64,000 nucleotides of DNA. Origin: Spirochaetia bacterium. GTDB lineage: Bacteria > Spirochaetota > Spirochaetia > SZUA-6 > Bin103. Every line of letters begins with the position of its first letter. Within the stretch, counting starts at the first letter, position 1. The stretch lies in contig CBDBDQ010000005.1 in the NCBI GenBank assembly GCA_965203905.1, forward strand, positions 2,528,001 through 2,592,000. The letters run 5' to 3'. Under the pieces are notes generated by a model. That model worked only from the letters and a program-made list of their open reading frames with translations. It was not told the origin of the DNA and ran no database searches. Below, one piece after another: positions 22,453-31,886 of this stretch. Made by a program: the position numbers and the translations under genes.

Positions 22453-23384
22453 TATCCGGCCACCTGTTGGGCACCGCTCCGCCGGGCGTGCTCCGGCTCG
22501 CTGGCGCTGGCGCCGGTCGCCGCGCGCTGCTCCGGTTCCGCGAAGTCGTCGGGCAACAGCACGTTGTCGATCAGACGGATCCCGTCCACGCGGGCGGCCA
22601 GTGACACCAGGGCGCGGCGGGTTGAGGCAGTGGGCTCCAGCTCCTGCATGGTCTCGGGGTCGGCCAGGCTGAGATACTCCAGCTCCACGGCGGCGGCTGC
22701 GATCGGAGCGCCGGCCTCGCGCAGCAGCACTTCGCGCCGCCGCTCGCCGGCGCACCAGCAGCGCCCCGCGGCCGCCAGTCCCCGGTAGAGGGCGGTGGCG
22801 CGCTGCCGGCCGGAGGCGTCCAGCATGGCGTTGCGCGAGCTGAGGGCCAGGCCATCCGCCGTCCGCACCGTGGCACAGCCGACGATGCTGACCGGCAAGC
22901 CGAGGTCCGCGGTGAGCCGGCGCACGACCGCCAGTTGCTGGGCGTCCTTGCGCCCGAAGTAGGCGCGCTGCGGCTGGAACAGCACCAGCAGCTTGGCCAC
23001 CACGGTCGCAACGCCGGAGAAGTGGCCGCGGCGGGCGGCACCCTCCAGGGGCTTTGACAGCTCGCGCACCTCCACGAAGGTCTGGTAGCCGGGCGGGTAC
23101 ACCTCCTCGGGGGGCGGGGTCCAGACCAGGTCCACGCCCAGCTCGGCGAGCATGGCGAGATCACGTTCCAGGTCGCGAGGATAGGCCGCGAGATCGGCGC
23201 GGTCGTCGAACTGCGTGGGATTGACGAAGATGCTCGCCGCCGTGTGGTGGCATTCCCGCGTACTGCTCCGGACCAGGGCGGCGTGGCCGGCGTGCAGGGC
23301 GCCCATGGTGGGAACCAGCCCGAGGATGCCGGACAGCCGGCTCCGTTCGGCACGCACCGCGGCGGCGCTGGTGACGACGCGCAT
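22452..23384 (-). CDS. panC: Pantoate-beta-alanine ligase
   Basis: VPTMGALHAGH, SIFVNPTQF, HFSGVATVV, FGRKDAQQ, DGLALSSRN, RLIDN. Confidence 0.96.
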   Translation of the reverse strand: MRVVTSAAAVRAERSRLSGILGLVPTMGALHAGHAALVRSSTRECHHTAASIFVNPTQFDDRADLAAYPRDLERDLAMLAELGVDLVWTPPPEEVYPPGYQTFVEVRELSKPLEGAARRGHFSGVATVVAKLLVLFQPQRAYFGRKDAQQLAVVRRLTADLGLPVSIVGCATVRTADGLALSSRNAMLDASGRQRATALYRGLAAAGRCWCAGERRREVLLREAGAPIAAAAVELEYLSLADPETMQELEPTASTRRALVSLAARVDGIRLIDNVLLPDDFAEPEQRAATGASASEPEHARRSGAQQVAG

Positions 23385-23387
23385 CTT

Positions 23388-24350
23388 TCAGTCCCCGGTG
23401 GCACTGACCGGCGCGGCTCGTGGCGCCGGCACCTCGGTCGCGGGAGCGGTACGGCGCTGGTCGACTTCGGATGCCGGGGGCGCGGGGGCTGGGCCATCGG
23501 CTCCCTGGAGTCGCTCGTGGAGGGCGTTGAGCTCGGCGCGTTCCATCAGGTAGGAGTGCTCACGGTCCGGAAACTGCCCGCCGCGCACTTCCGCGCAATA
23601 GCGCGCGAGGGCGTCGCCGATCTGTGCGCCGACATCGCCGTACTGCTTCACGTAGCGCGGCGCCTCGCCAGTATGCATCCCGATCACTTCATGGTAGATC
23701 AGCACCTGGCCGTCGCAGGCAGCACCGGCGCCGATGCCAATGGTCGCGACCGGCACCCGGCGGGTAATCTCGGCGCCGATCTTGCGCGGCACCGCTTCCA
23801 CCACCATGGCGAAGCAGCCGGCCGCGGCAACCGCCTGGCCGTCGCGAACCAGCTGCTCTGCCGCCGCTGCCGTTCTGCCCTGCACGCGATAGCCGCCGGT
23901 CAGGTGCTCGGACTGCGGCCCCAGACCGACGTGGCCCATTACCGGAATACCGGCTGCTACGATGGCGGCGATGGTGGCAGCGCGCTCCGTGCCGCCCTCC
24001 AGCTTTACCGCGGTGCAGCCTCCTTCCTTGATCAGGCGTACGGCGTTGGCTACCGCGCTTGGCACGTCGGTTTGGTAGGAGCCGAACGGCATGTCGCCGA
24101 CCACCAGCGCCGCCGGTTGCGCCCGGCTGACCGCGCGGCAGTGGTGCAGCATCTCCTCCATCGTGACCGGCACCGTGCCGGGATACCCGAGCATGAACGG
24201 GCCGAGGCTGTCCCCCACCAGGATCATGTCTACCCCGGCACGGTCCGCGAAGCGGGCGCTGTAGTAGTCGTATGCGGTGATCATGGTCAGGCGCGGTGCA
24301 TCACCGGTGCGCTTGGTGATGTCCCGGATCGTGACCTTCTCGCGTTCCAC
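23388..24350 (-). CDS. panB: 3-methyl-2-oxobutanoate hydroxymethyltransferase
   Basis: MITAYD, ILVGDSL, GDMPFGSY, VKLEGG, MGHVGL, IGIGAG, DGQVL; GTG start with SD AGAGGA. Confidence 0.96.
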   Translation of the reverse strand: MEREKVTIRDITKRTGDAPRLTMITAYDYYSARFADRAGVDMILVGDSLGPFMLGYPGTVPVTMEEMLHHCRAVSRAQPAALVVGDMPFGSYQTDVPSAVANAVRLIKEGGCTAVKLEGGTERAATIAAIVAAGIPVMGHVGLGPQSEHLTGGYRVQGRTAAAAEQLVRDGQAVAAAGCFAMVVEAVPRKIGAEITRRVPVATIGIGAGAACDGQVLIYHEVIGMHTGEAPRYVKQYGDVGAQIGDALARYCAEVRGGQFPDREHSYLMERAELNALHERLQGADGPAPAPPASEVDQRRTAPATEVPAPRAAPVSATGD

Positions 24351-24469
24351 GGCGGTTCCTCTGCCATCGGCCTGACGCACGGACACCCGACTCTCTTCAA
24401 TTATCGGCAGAGGCGCAGCTATGGCTTGTGGACGGGCGAGAGGACGGAGCGAACAGCACTTCGGCTGGG

Positions 24470-24596
24470 CGTTGCATCCGCGTCGTCCCGGTTATCTCCA
24501 ATCCAGGCAACGGCACACGCCTTGCGAGCGTCGCGTAGGTTTCGACCTGTCGTTCACTGCCGCCGCATCGCAGGTGCACCGCTAGCGGTCAGTGAC
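24470..24596 (-). ncRNA. Structured cis-regulatory leader resembling the pan RNA motif
   Basis: Minus strand reads ...GATGCGGC...AGGTCGAAACCT-ACGCGAC-GCTCGCAAGGCGT-GTGCCG...CTGGAT...ACCGGGAC, with short hairpins, in the 5' UTR of panB. The family match is from memory and was not tested with a covariance model. Confidence 0.6.
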
Positions 24597-24602
24597 GCTC
24601 AC

Positions 24603-24632
24603 AACCTAACCAACGGCATACTCGCCTGTCAA
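24603..24632 (-). promoter_or_regulatory. Sigma70-type promoter of the pan/coa operon
   Basis: Minus strand TTGACA (24632-24627)-18 nt-TAGGTT (24608-24603), directly upstream of the structured leader. Confidence 0.6.
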
Positions 24633-24789
24633 CACTGCGGGAGGAACCGTTAGGAACCGTGCTCTCGAAGCTACCTCCTTATGAAACATGAAGTTATCGC
24701 TACGATCCGAGTGTCGGCTTGACGGATCGCCGGGTGCGGCGTAACGTGATGGTGGAGTGAGGCAGGCAGGATTGCCGTCCGGTGACGAC

Positions 24790-26358
24790 ATGAACGGGGG
24801 CGCGGTCATCGAGGTGCTCGATACGACGCTGCGTGACGGCGAGCAGATGCAGGACGTGAGCTACACGCCGGGGGAGAAGCTCGCCATCGCCAAGGTTCTG
24901 CTGGAGGACGTGCGGGTCGATCACGTGGAGTTGACCAGCGCGCTGGTCAGCGACGGCGAGCGCGACGCGGTACGCCAGGTGATCTCCTGGGCCGCCGAGC
25001 ACGGGCGCGCGGACGCCATCGAGGTGCTTGGGTTTACCGACGTGAATCGCTCCGTCGACTGGATCCGGGACCTTGGCTGCACGGTGATGAACCTGCTGGC
25101 CAAGGGCTCGCTGCGCCACGTCACCACGCAACTGCGCAAGCAGCCCGCCGATCACTTCGGCGACATCGCGGCGACCGTTGCCTACGCCGGCGATCATGGC
25201 GTGCGTTGCAACATCTACCTCGAAGACTGGTCCGGCGGGATGCTCGACTCGCCGGACTACGTCTACACCATGCTCGATGAACTGAGCAGCGCCGGCCTGT
25301 GGCGCATCATGCTACCGGACACCCTCGGGCTGCTGGCGCCGTGGCAGGTAGGGCGCTTCGTCGGCGACCTGGTGCGGCGTCATCCGGAGTTGAGCTTCGA
25401 CTTCCATGGGCACGACGACTACGGCATGGCGACCGCGAACACGCTCGCCGCGGTGGAAGCGGGGGTTACCTGCGTCCACTGTACCGTGAACGGCATGGGT
25501 GAGCGGGCCGGCAACACCCCGCTGGACGAGGTGGTGGTGGGCATTCACGACTTCCTGGACCGGCGAACCCGGATCGACGAGACCAGGCTGATCACCGCCA
25601 GTGAGCGCGTGGAGGTGTTTTCCGGGCGCAGGGTACCCTTCAACAAGCCGATCGTGGGCCCCAACGTGTTCACCCAGACCGCCGGCATCCACGCCGACGG
25701 CGATCACAAGGGAGACCTCTACGCCAGCCGACTGTCCCCGGAACGGTTCGCCCGCCGGCGCCGCTACGCGCTCGGCAAACTCAGCGGCAAGCGCAGCCTG
25801 GAGTTCAACCTGACCGATCTGGGAATCGAGTTGGACGAGGAACAGTCCCGGCTGGTGCTGGAGCGTATCAAGGAACTCGCCGACAGCAAGCAGACCATCA
25901 CCCAGGACGATCTTCCATTCATCATCTCCGATGTGCTGGAGACCCCCCACGACCGCACCTTCATCCTGGAGAGTTGCGTGGTGGTGTCCAGCATCGGTCT
26001 CAAACCGGTGGCGACGATCAAGGTCTCCCACCGCAACGCCGCCGGAACGTTCGACGAGTACGAGGCCAGCAGCCAGGGCGACGGCGGCTACGATGCGTTC
26101 ATGAACGCCGTTCGCAGTATTGGCGGCGAGCTCGGACTTTCGTTGCCGCGGCTGGCCGATTACAACGTGTCGATTCCGCCCGGTGGCAAGTCGGACGCCA
26201 TCGTGCAGTGTTCCATCACCTGGCTCCACCCCGATCGTCCGGGTGAGGTGTTCAACACCAAGGGCGTGCACAGCGACCAGGTGCTGGCGGCGGCCCAGGC
26301 CACCGAGAAGATGCTCAATCTGGTGGCATCCGGAACCCTGGCCCCGGTCTATGGCTAG
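24790..26358 (+). CDS. cimA: (R)-citramalate synthase, Leptospira/Bacteroidota type (LeuA superfamily)
   Basis: LDTTLRDGEQ, NLLAKGS, NIYLEDWS, LPDTLG, HGHDDYG, GERAGN, TQTAGIHADGD, YALGK, regulatory-domain GDGGYDAF. Confidence 0.85.
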   Translation: MNGGAVIEVLDTTLRDGEQMQDVSYTPGEKLAIAKVLLEDVRVDHVELTSALVSDGERDAVRQVISWAAEHGRADAIEVLGFTDVNRSVDWIRDLGCTVMNLLAKGSLRHVTTQLRKQPADHFGDIAATVAYAGDHGVRCNIYLEDWSGGMLDSPDYVYTMLDELSSAGLWRIMLPDTLGLLAPWQVGRFVGDLVRRHPELSFDFHGHDDYGMATANTLAAVEAGVTCVHCTVNGMGERAGNTPLDEVVVGIHDFLDRRTRIDETRLITASERVEVFSGRRVPFNKPIVGPNVFTQTAGIHADGDHKGDLYASRLSPERFARRRRYALGKLSGKRSLEFNLTDLGIELDEEQSRLVLERIKELADSKQTITQDDLPFIISDVLETPHDRTFILESCVVVSSIGLKPVATIKVSHRNAAGTFDEYEASSQGDGGYDAFMNAVRSIGGELGLSLPRLADYNVSIPPGGKSDAIVQCSITWLHPDRPGEVFNTKGVHSDQVLAAAQATEKMLNLVASGTLAPVYG

Positions 26359-27781
26359 CGTGACCTCCGGGCGCAAACTGTGGGACAAGAACGAGCCGCT
26401 GGACGCGCTCATCGAACAGTTCACCGTGGGCGACGACTACCGGCTCGACCGCGCCCTGGTGGCGGCGGACTGCGTGGCTTCGCTGGCCCATGCCACCATG
26501 CTGGCGGCGATCGAGGTAATCACGCCGGCGCAACTGGAGGAACTGCGGGGCGCCCTGCTGGAAGCTCTGGAGCTGGCCCAGCGCAGCGCCTTTACCATTG
26601 AACGGGCGGATGAAGACGGGCACACCGCGCTGGAGCGGTTCCTCACCCAGCGTACCGCCGCCGGCGCCAGGATCCACACCGGACGGTCACGCAACGACCA
26701 GGTGATGGCGGCGCTGCGGCTGTACGGGCGCGAGGCGCTTACCGAGCTGCAGCACTCCGTGCTCGATTTGGCGGATGCACTGTTCGCCTTCGCCGTCCGC
26801 TACGAGCGCAGCCCCATGCCCGGCCGCACCCATACCCAGGTGGCGATGCCATCGACGCTTGGGGTGTGGGCGGCAGCCTTCGCCGAGGAGCTGCTGGATG
26901 ACCTGGCCCTGGTGGCCACCTGCTACCGGCTGACCAACCGGTCGCCGCTGGGATCTGCCGCCGGCTATGGAGCGCCGCTGCCGCTCGATCGCGAGCAGGT
27001 GGCCGGCCTGCTGGGATTCGAGGGGCCGGTGCACAACGTGCTGGCGGCCGCCAACAGCCGCGGCAAGCTGGAAGCCGCAACCCTCGACGCGCTCGACCAG
27101 GTGGCCATCACCGTGAGCCGGCTGGCGCAGGACCTGATCCTGTTCTCGCTGCCGGAGCTCGGCTACGTGACCTTGCCGGCGGAACTGTGCACGGGCAGCA
27201 GCATCATGCCGCACAAGCGCAATCCGGACGGCCTGGAGCTGGTGCGGGCGCGGGCGGCGGCGGTGTCGGCACTCGCCGGCGCCGTCAAGGGAATCGTGCG
27301 CAACCTGCCCAGCGGCTACCACCGTGACCTGCAGGAGACCAAGCGGCCCTACCTGACGGCCCTGGATACGGTGATCGGGCAGGTGCTGGTCATGACCCTG
27401 ACGGTCGAGCGGCTGCAGGTCAGCGAGGCGGCGCTGGCCCGTTCGCTTACTCCGGAGCTGTATGCCACCGATGCCGCATTCGCGCTGGTGCAGCAGGGCG
27501 TGGCGTTTCGCGATGCCTACCATCAGGCGGCGCAGGGCGCCGCGCTCGCCGGTGCCAACGACACCGGCGGCGCGGCCACGCCGGCGACAGGGGCGGCGTT
27601 GGCGGCCAGGACGGCCACCGGGACGGCGGGCAACCTGGGCCTGGCCGAGCGCCGGCGTCTGGTGGCGGCGGAACGGCAACGGGTGACGGACGCCGCGGGC
27701 TGTGCCGCCGCGCCGCTGACCGCGCTCATGGGACGGCCGGTAGCGGTGTACCGGAATCCGTGGCGGGACGCCGACGCATGA
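26351..27781 (+). CDS. argH: Argininosuccinate lyase
   Basis: KLWDK, IHTGRSRNDQV, MPGRTH, SPLGSAAGYG, GSSIMPHKRNPD, LPSGYHRDLQ, FRDAY. Confidence 0.94.
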   Translation: MASVTSGRKLWDKNEPLDALIEQFTVGDDYRLDRALVAADCVASLAHATMLAAIEVITPAQLEELRGALLEALELAQRSAFTIERADEDGHTALERFLTQRTAAGARIHTGRSRNDQVMAALRLYGREALTELQHSVLDLADALFAFAVRYERSPMPGRTHTQVAMPSTLGVWAAAFAEELLDDLALVATCYRLTNRSPLGSAAGYGAPLPLDREQVAGLLGFEGPVHNVLAAANSRGKLEAATLDALDQVAITVSRLAQDLILFSLPELGYVTLPAELCTGSSIMPHKRNPDGLELVRARAAAVSALAGAVKGIVRNLPSGYHRDLQETKRPYLTALDTVIGQVLVMTLTVERLQVSEAALARSLTPELYATDAAFALVQQGVAFRDAYHQAAQGAALAGANDTGGAATPATGAALAARTATGTAGNLGLAERRRLVAAERQRVTDAAGCAAAPLTALMGRPVAVYRNPWRDADA

Positions 27782-29121
27782 GCGGCAGGGGGCGGGCGCC
27801 GCGGCAGAGCGCCTTTCTGGTCGGCCTGCAGACCGCGCCCGCGGGCGCCCCGGAGGCGGCAAACGGCCGCGCCGCTGCGGTTGCCGGCAGCGCTCCGGAG
27901 GCCGCGCAGTGGGATGTCGAACAGTGTCTCGAGGAGTTGGCACGGTTGGCCGACAGCGCCGGGCTGCGGGTCGTGGGTCGCACCTGGCAGCGTCGTGCCC
28001 AGCCGGATCCGCGGACCTACCTGGGCGGCGGCAAACTCGCCGAGGTGGTGGCTGCGGCGCGCGCGGTGGGGGCCGACGTGGTGCTGTTCGACGACGAGTT
28101 GACGCCGTCGCAACTGCGCAACGTGGAACACTCCCTCGGCGAAGAGCTGCCGGTGGTCGATCGCACCGCGCTGATCCTCGACATATTCGCCCGCCATGCG
28201 CGCAGCCGGGAGGGCCAGCTCCAGGTCGAGCTGGCGCAGCTCGAGTACCGGCTGCCGCGCCTCACCCGGCTGTGGACGCACCTGGCCCGGCAGGCGGGCG
28301 GCCGTGCCGGCATGGGAGTGGGGGTGCGCGGCCCGGGCGAAACCCAGATCGAGGTCGACCGGAGGCGCATTCGCCAGCGTCTGGGCGCGCTGCGCACCCG
28401 CATCCGCAGCCTGGCGCATCGGCGGCGCCACGGCCGCGCCCGCCGGCAGCAGTCCGGCAGCCCGGTGCTGGCGCTGGTCGGGTACACCAACGCCGGCAAG
28501 AGCACGCTGATGAATCGGCTCACCGGAGCGGGGGTGCACGCCGCGGATCAGCTCTTCGCCACCCTCGATCCCACCACCCGGCAAGTGGATCTGGGAGACG
28601 GGCGGCGAGCCCTGCTCACCGACACCGTCGGCTTTGTCCACAAGCTGCCGCATCAGCTCGTGGCGGCGTTCCGCGCCACGTTGGAGGAAGTTGCCGGGGC
28701 GGACCTGTTGCTGGTGGTGGCAGACGCCAGCGACCCCAGTCGCCGCCATCAGCAACAGGCGGTGGCGGAAGTGCTGCAGGAGATCGGCGCCGCCGCCATC
28801 CCGCGTCTGACCGTTCTCAACAAGATCGACCTGGTAGAGCGGGACTCCCCGTTGCGGCTGCGGCTGGATGACGCGATGCCGGTCAGCGCGGTGACCGGTG
28901 AGGGTATCGACGACCTGCGGCGCGCACTGCGGCAGCACCTGTCCGCGGACCACGTGCACGTGGAGGTCAAGGTCCCCTACGCCGAGTCGCGGCTGCTGGG
29001 GCTGCTGCGCGCCGCCGGTCGCATCGAGCAGCAGGAAGCGGCGGCGGACGGCTATCGCGTAACTGCGGTGGTGCCGCCTCGTCTCGCCGCCACGCTGCGC
29101 GACGCACTGGCAAGCCGATGA
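27778..29121 (+). CDS. hflX: GTPase HflX
   Basis: DRTALILDIFA, LQVELAQL, GPGETQIE, GYTNAGKST, LFATLD, DTVGF, NKID. Confidence 0.96.
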   Translation: MSGRGRAPRQSAFLVGLQTAPAGAPEAANGRAAAVAGSAPEAAQWDVEQCLEELARLADSAGLRVVGRTWQRRAQPDPRTYLGGGKLAEVVAAARAVGADVVLFDDELTPSQLRNVEHSLGEELPVVDRTALILDIFARHARSREGQLQVELAQLEYRLPRLTRLWTHLARQAGGRAGMGVGVRGPGETQIEVDRRRIRQRLGALRTRIRSLAHRRRHGRARRQQSGSPVLALVGYTNAGKSTLMNRLTGAGVHAADQLFATLDPTTRQVDLGDGRRALLTDTVGFVHKLPHQLVAAFRATLEEVAGADLLLVVADASDPSRRHQQQAVAEVLQEIGAAAIPRLTVLNKIDLVERDSPLRLRLDDAMPVSAVTGEGIDDLRRALRQHLSADHVHVEVKVPYAESRLLGLLRAAGRIEQQEAAADGYRVTAVVPPRLAATLRDALASR

Positions 29122-29828
29122 GTGAAGAACGTATCGTCCTGATCGAGGACGACCCCGCGGTGGCGAAGGGGCTCAGCTTCGCCCTGGAGCAGGAAGGATA
29201 CGCCGTCAGCTGGGCCGGAGACGGTTCGCAGGGGCACCGGATGGTGGCCCATCAGTCTCCGCATCTGATCATCCTCGATATCCGCCTGCCGGACACCAGC
29301 GGCTTCGATCTGTGCCGGAAGCTGCGCCAGGAGGGATTCCGCCAGCCGATCCTGATGCTCACTGCGCGCGACGAGGAGGTGGACAAGGTGCTCGGCTTCG
29401 AGTTGGGCGCCGACGACTACGTGGTCAAGCCATACCAGTTGCGGGAGTTGCTGTCACGCATCCGCGCCCTGCTGCGCCGCGCCTACGGCGAGCTGTCCCG
29501 GCGCAGCAGCAACGAGAAGATCACGTTCGACGACGTAACCATCGACCTGGAGTTGCTGCAGGTGTATCGCGACGGCCGAATCGTGTATCTCACGCCCACC
29601 GAGTTCCGCCTGCTGCGCTACCTGGTCTCCAATCCCGACCGGCCGGTGACTCGCGACCAGATCCTCGAGGCGGTGTGGGGATACCACGCCGAGGTGGGCT
29701 ACGATCGCACGGTGGACGTCCACATGCGCCACCTGCGGGAGAAGCTGGAACGCGATCCCACCCATCCGCGGCGTCTCATCACGGTACGCGGCCATGGCTA
29801 CAAGTTCGCCCACACCGCTGTGCCCTAG
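29118..29828 (+). CDS. OmpR/PhoB-family response regulator
   Basis: IEDD, ILDIRLPD, LTARDEE, GADDYVVKP, LTPTEF, RTVDVH, TVRGHGY. Confidence 0.96.
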   Translation: MSEERIVLIEDDPAVAKGLSFALEQEGYAVSWAGDGSQGHRMVAHQSPHLIILDIRLPDTSGFDLCRKLRQEGFRQPILMLTARDEEVDKVLGFELGADDYVVKPYQLRELLSRIRALLRRAYGELSRRSSNEKITFDDVTIDLELLQVYRDGRIVYLTPTEFRLLRYLVSNPDRPVTRDQILEAVWGYHAEVGYDRTVDVHMRHLREKLERDPTHPRRLITVRGHGYKFAHTAVP

Positions 29829-30020
29829 CGCCAGCTCGCGGCAGCCCGTCCGCGGTCCGCAACGCCGCCTGATCCGGCGTGCGTGGATCTGGCCGCCGGT
29901 CGGCTCGGCCGGGTATCTTGTGGGGAAGAGTGACCATGCGGAGAGGAGGGTGGTTCTTTTCCTGCTGGCCGCAGCGAGCCTGCTGGTGGCGGAAGCACTT
30001 GAGAGAGAGGGCGCCTGACT

Positions 30021-31883
30021 ATGCGAGGTAGGACGCTGGCCGGCGCATGGGCCCGACGGTTGTCGTCGATCCGCGGGCGTCTGGTGCTGAGCTTCATCCT
30101 GATCGCCCTGGTCGCCATCGGCATTGTCGGCGGCGTCTCGGGGGTGCTGGTCAAGCACTTCGTGGAGCGGCGCGAGAGTGCCTATCTGGAGTCGAACGCA
30201 TCCACGGTGGCGCAGCGGGCGCTGTCCCTGATGGTCCCCGTAGTGAGGCCCATCTCGCTCGGTGACCTGGTTCGGACCGCGGCGTTCATCAGCGACTCGC
30301 GCATCCGGATTCTGGATCGGGAGCAGCGGGTGCTGGCCGACTCCGGCCCGCCGGGTGGCTCCGAGGACATCTGGGTACGGGTAGTGGCGACCATCAACGT
30401 GGGCGACACGGTGGTGCGTCACCGAGTCTGGATTCCGGTCACTTCCGATCCCATGCAGATTGCCCGCCTGCGCCGTTCACTGCCGATTCTGGAACGCCGT
30501 GGCGATGCCCAGGCACTGGTGGTCCGGCGCCGCAGCGGGCTGTGGGGGAGCTTCATCGAGTTTCAGGACTACGACGGTCCGTTGCTGGCGGCGATCGCAC
30601 GTGAAGATGCGGCTCCCGTAGACGACACCATGCGCAACATCCACGTCGAGCCGATCGGCGATCCCACCAGTCCGGTCGGCTACGTGGAGATTGCGCGCAG
30701 TCCCGATCTGCCCGGCGAGGCGCTGGAGACGTTCATCGCACCGTTCATCATCGCCGCGCTCGCGGCCACCATTCTGGCGGCGGTCCTGGGGTTCGTGTTC
30801 GGGCGCCGGCTGACGGCCCCCATCGAGGGGCTCACCGCGTCCGCGGTACGCATGGGGTCGGGAGACCTGGCGGCACGGGCGCCGTCCATCGGCGACGGCG
30901 AGATCGGCGAGCTCGGGCGCCAGTTCAACGCCATGGCCGGCAAGCTGGAGTCGACGGTGCGCAGCCTGCGCCAGGAACGTGACGTGCTGCGTCGCTTCGT
31001 GGCTGACGCATCGCATGAGTTGCGCACCCCGGTCACGGCGCTCAAGACCTTCAACGAGCTGCTGCTCGACGGCGCCCAGCGCGATGCCGGGGCGGCGGGG
31101 CGGAAACCGGCGGCGGACGTGGTGTCGGGCGTGGACGGCGTCACCGCGCCGGTAACGGGTGCCGCGGAACCGGAGCCGCGAGACGCGGACGGCGGCGGCG
31201 GCGTTCGTCCCCCGTGGCGGCGACCGGTGGCAGCCGCGGCAGCCTTGGCGGCGGGGCTGGGAAGAGCCAGCCGCCGCTGCGGCCGGAACATCGACGCGCA
31301 GACCCGTATCGAGTTTCTGAACGACAGTCGTCGCCAGATCGAGCGTATGGAGTGGATCGTCGAGAACCTGCTGAATCTGTCACGCCTGGAGGCGGGAGTC
31401 ACCGGCAGCCAGTCGCTGCAGGTGACCCTCGGCGACCTGGTGCGCGGTGCGGAGCGCCGCGTCGCGCGTGCGGCCGCGGCGTCCGGCGTCCACCTCGCAG
31501 TCGAACTGAACCCGGCGGACGAGGCGCTCGATCTCGACTCGGCGGGGCTGGAGATCGCCCTGGACAACGTGATTCAGAACGCGATTCGATACGGCAGCAG
31601 CGGCGGAGAGGTACGAATCCGGGCCTCCGATGAACGTGGCTGGGCCATGGTCCAGGTACGCGACCGTGGACCCGGCATCGCCCCCGAGGACCTGCCGCAC
31701 ATCTTCAACCGCTTCTACCGCGGCAAGCAGACCGGGGCCTCCGGTACGGCCGACGGCAGCGGGTTGGGGCTGGCCATCGCGCGCGCGGTGGTGCTTGCCA
31801 ACGGCGGCAACATCAGCGCTGCCAACAACGACGACGGTCCCGGCGCCACCGTTACGCTGCACCTGCCGCTGCGCCGCGTCTGA
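30021..31883 (+). CDS. HAMP-containing sensor histidine kinase
   Basis: Two TMs, HAMP, H-box DASHELRTP, N-box NVIQNAIRY, DRGPGI, FNRFYR, GSGLGLAI. Confidence 0.94.
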   Translation: MRGRTLAGAWARRLSSIRGRLVLSFILIALVAIGIVGGVSGVLVKHFVERRESAYLESNASTVAQRALSLMVPVVRPISLGDLVRTAAFISDSRIRILDREQRVLADSGPPGGSEDIWVRVVATINVGDTVVRHRVWIPVTSDPMQIARLRRSLPILERRGDAQALVVRRRSGLWGSFIEFQDYDGPLLAAIAREDAAPVDDTMRNIHVEPIGDPTSPVGYVEIARSPDLPGEALETFIAPFIIAALAATILAAVLGFVFGRRLTAPIEGLTASAVRMGSGDLAARAPSIGDGEIGELGRQFNAMAGKLESTVRSLRQERDVLRRFVADASHELRTPVTALKTFNELLLDGAQRDAGAAGRKPAADVVSGVDGVTAPVTGAAEPEPRDADGGGGVRPPWRRPVAAAAALAAGLGRASRRCGRNIDAQTRIEFLNDSRRQIERMEWIVENLLNLSRLEAGVTGSQSLQVTLGDLVRGAERRVARAAAASGVHLAVELNPADEALDLDSAGLEIALDNVIQNAIRYGSSGGEVRIRASDERGWAMVQVRDRGPGIAPEDLPHIFNRFYRGKQTGASGTADGSGLGLAIARAVVLANGGNISAANNDDGPGATVTLHLPLRRV

Positions 31884-31886
31884 CGC

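Noticed and set aside
24470-24600. 6S RNA, T-box or lysine riboswitch as identity of the panB leader
   Set aside because: No long 6S-like rod, no T-box sequence and no lysine-riboswitch core; position and blocks fit a pan-type leader better.
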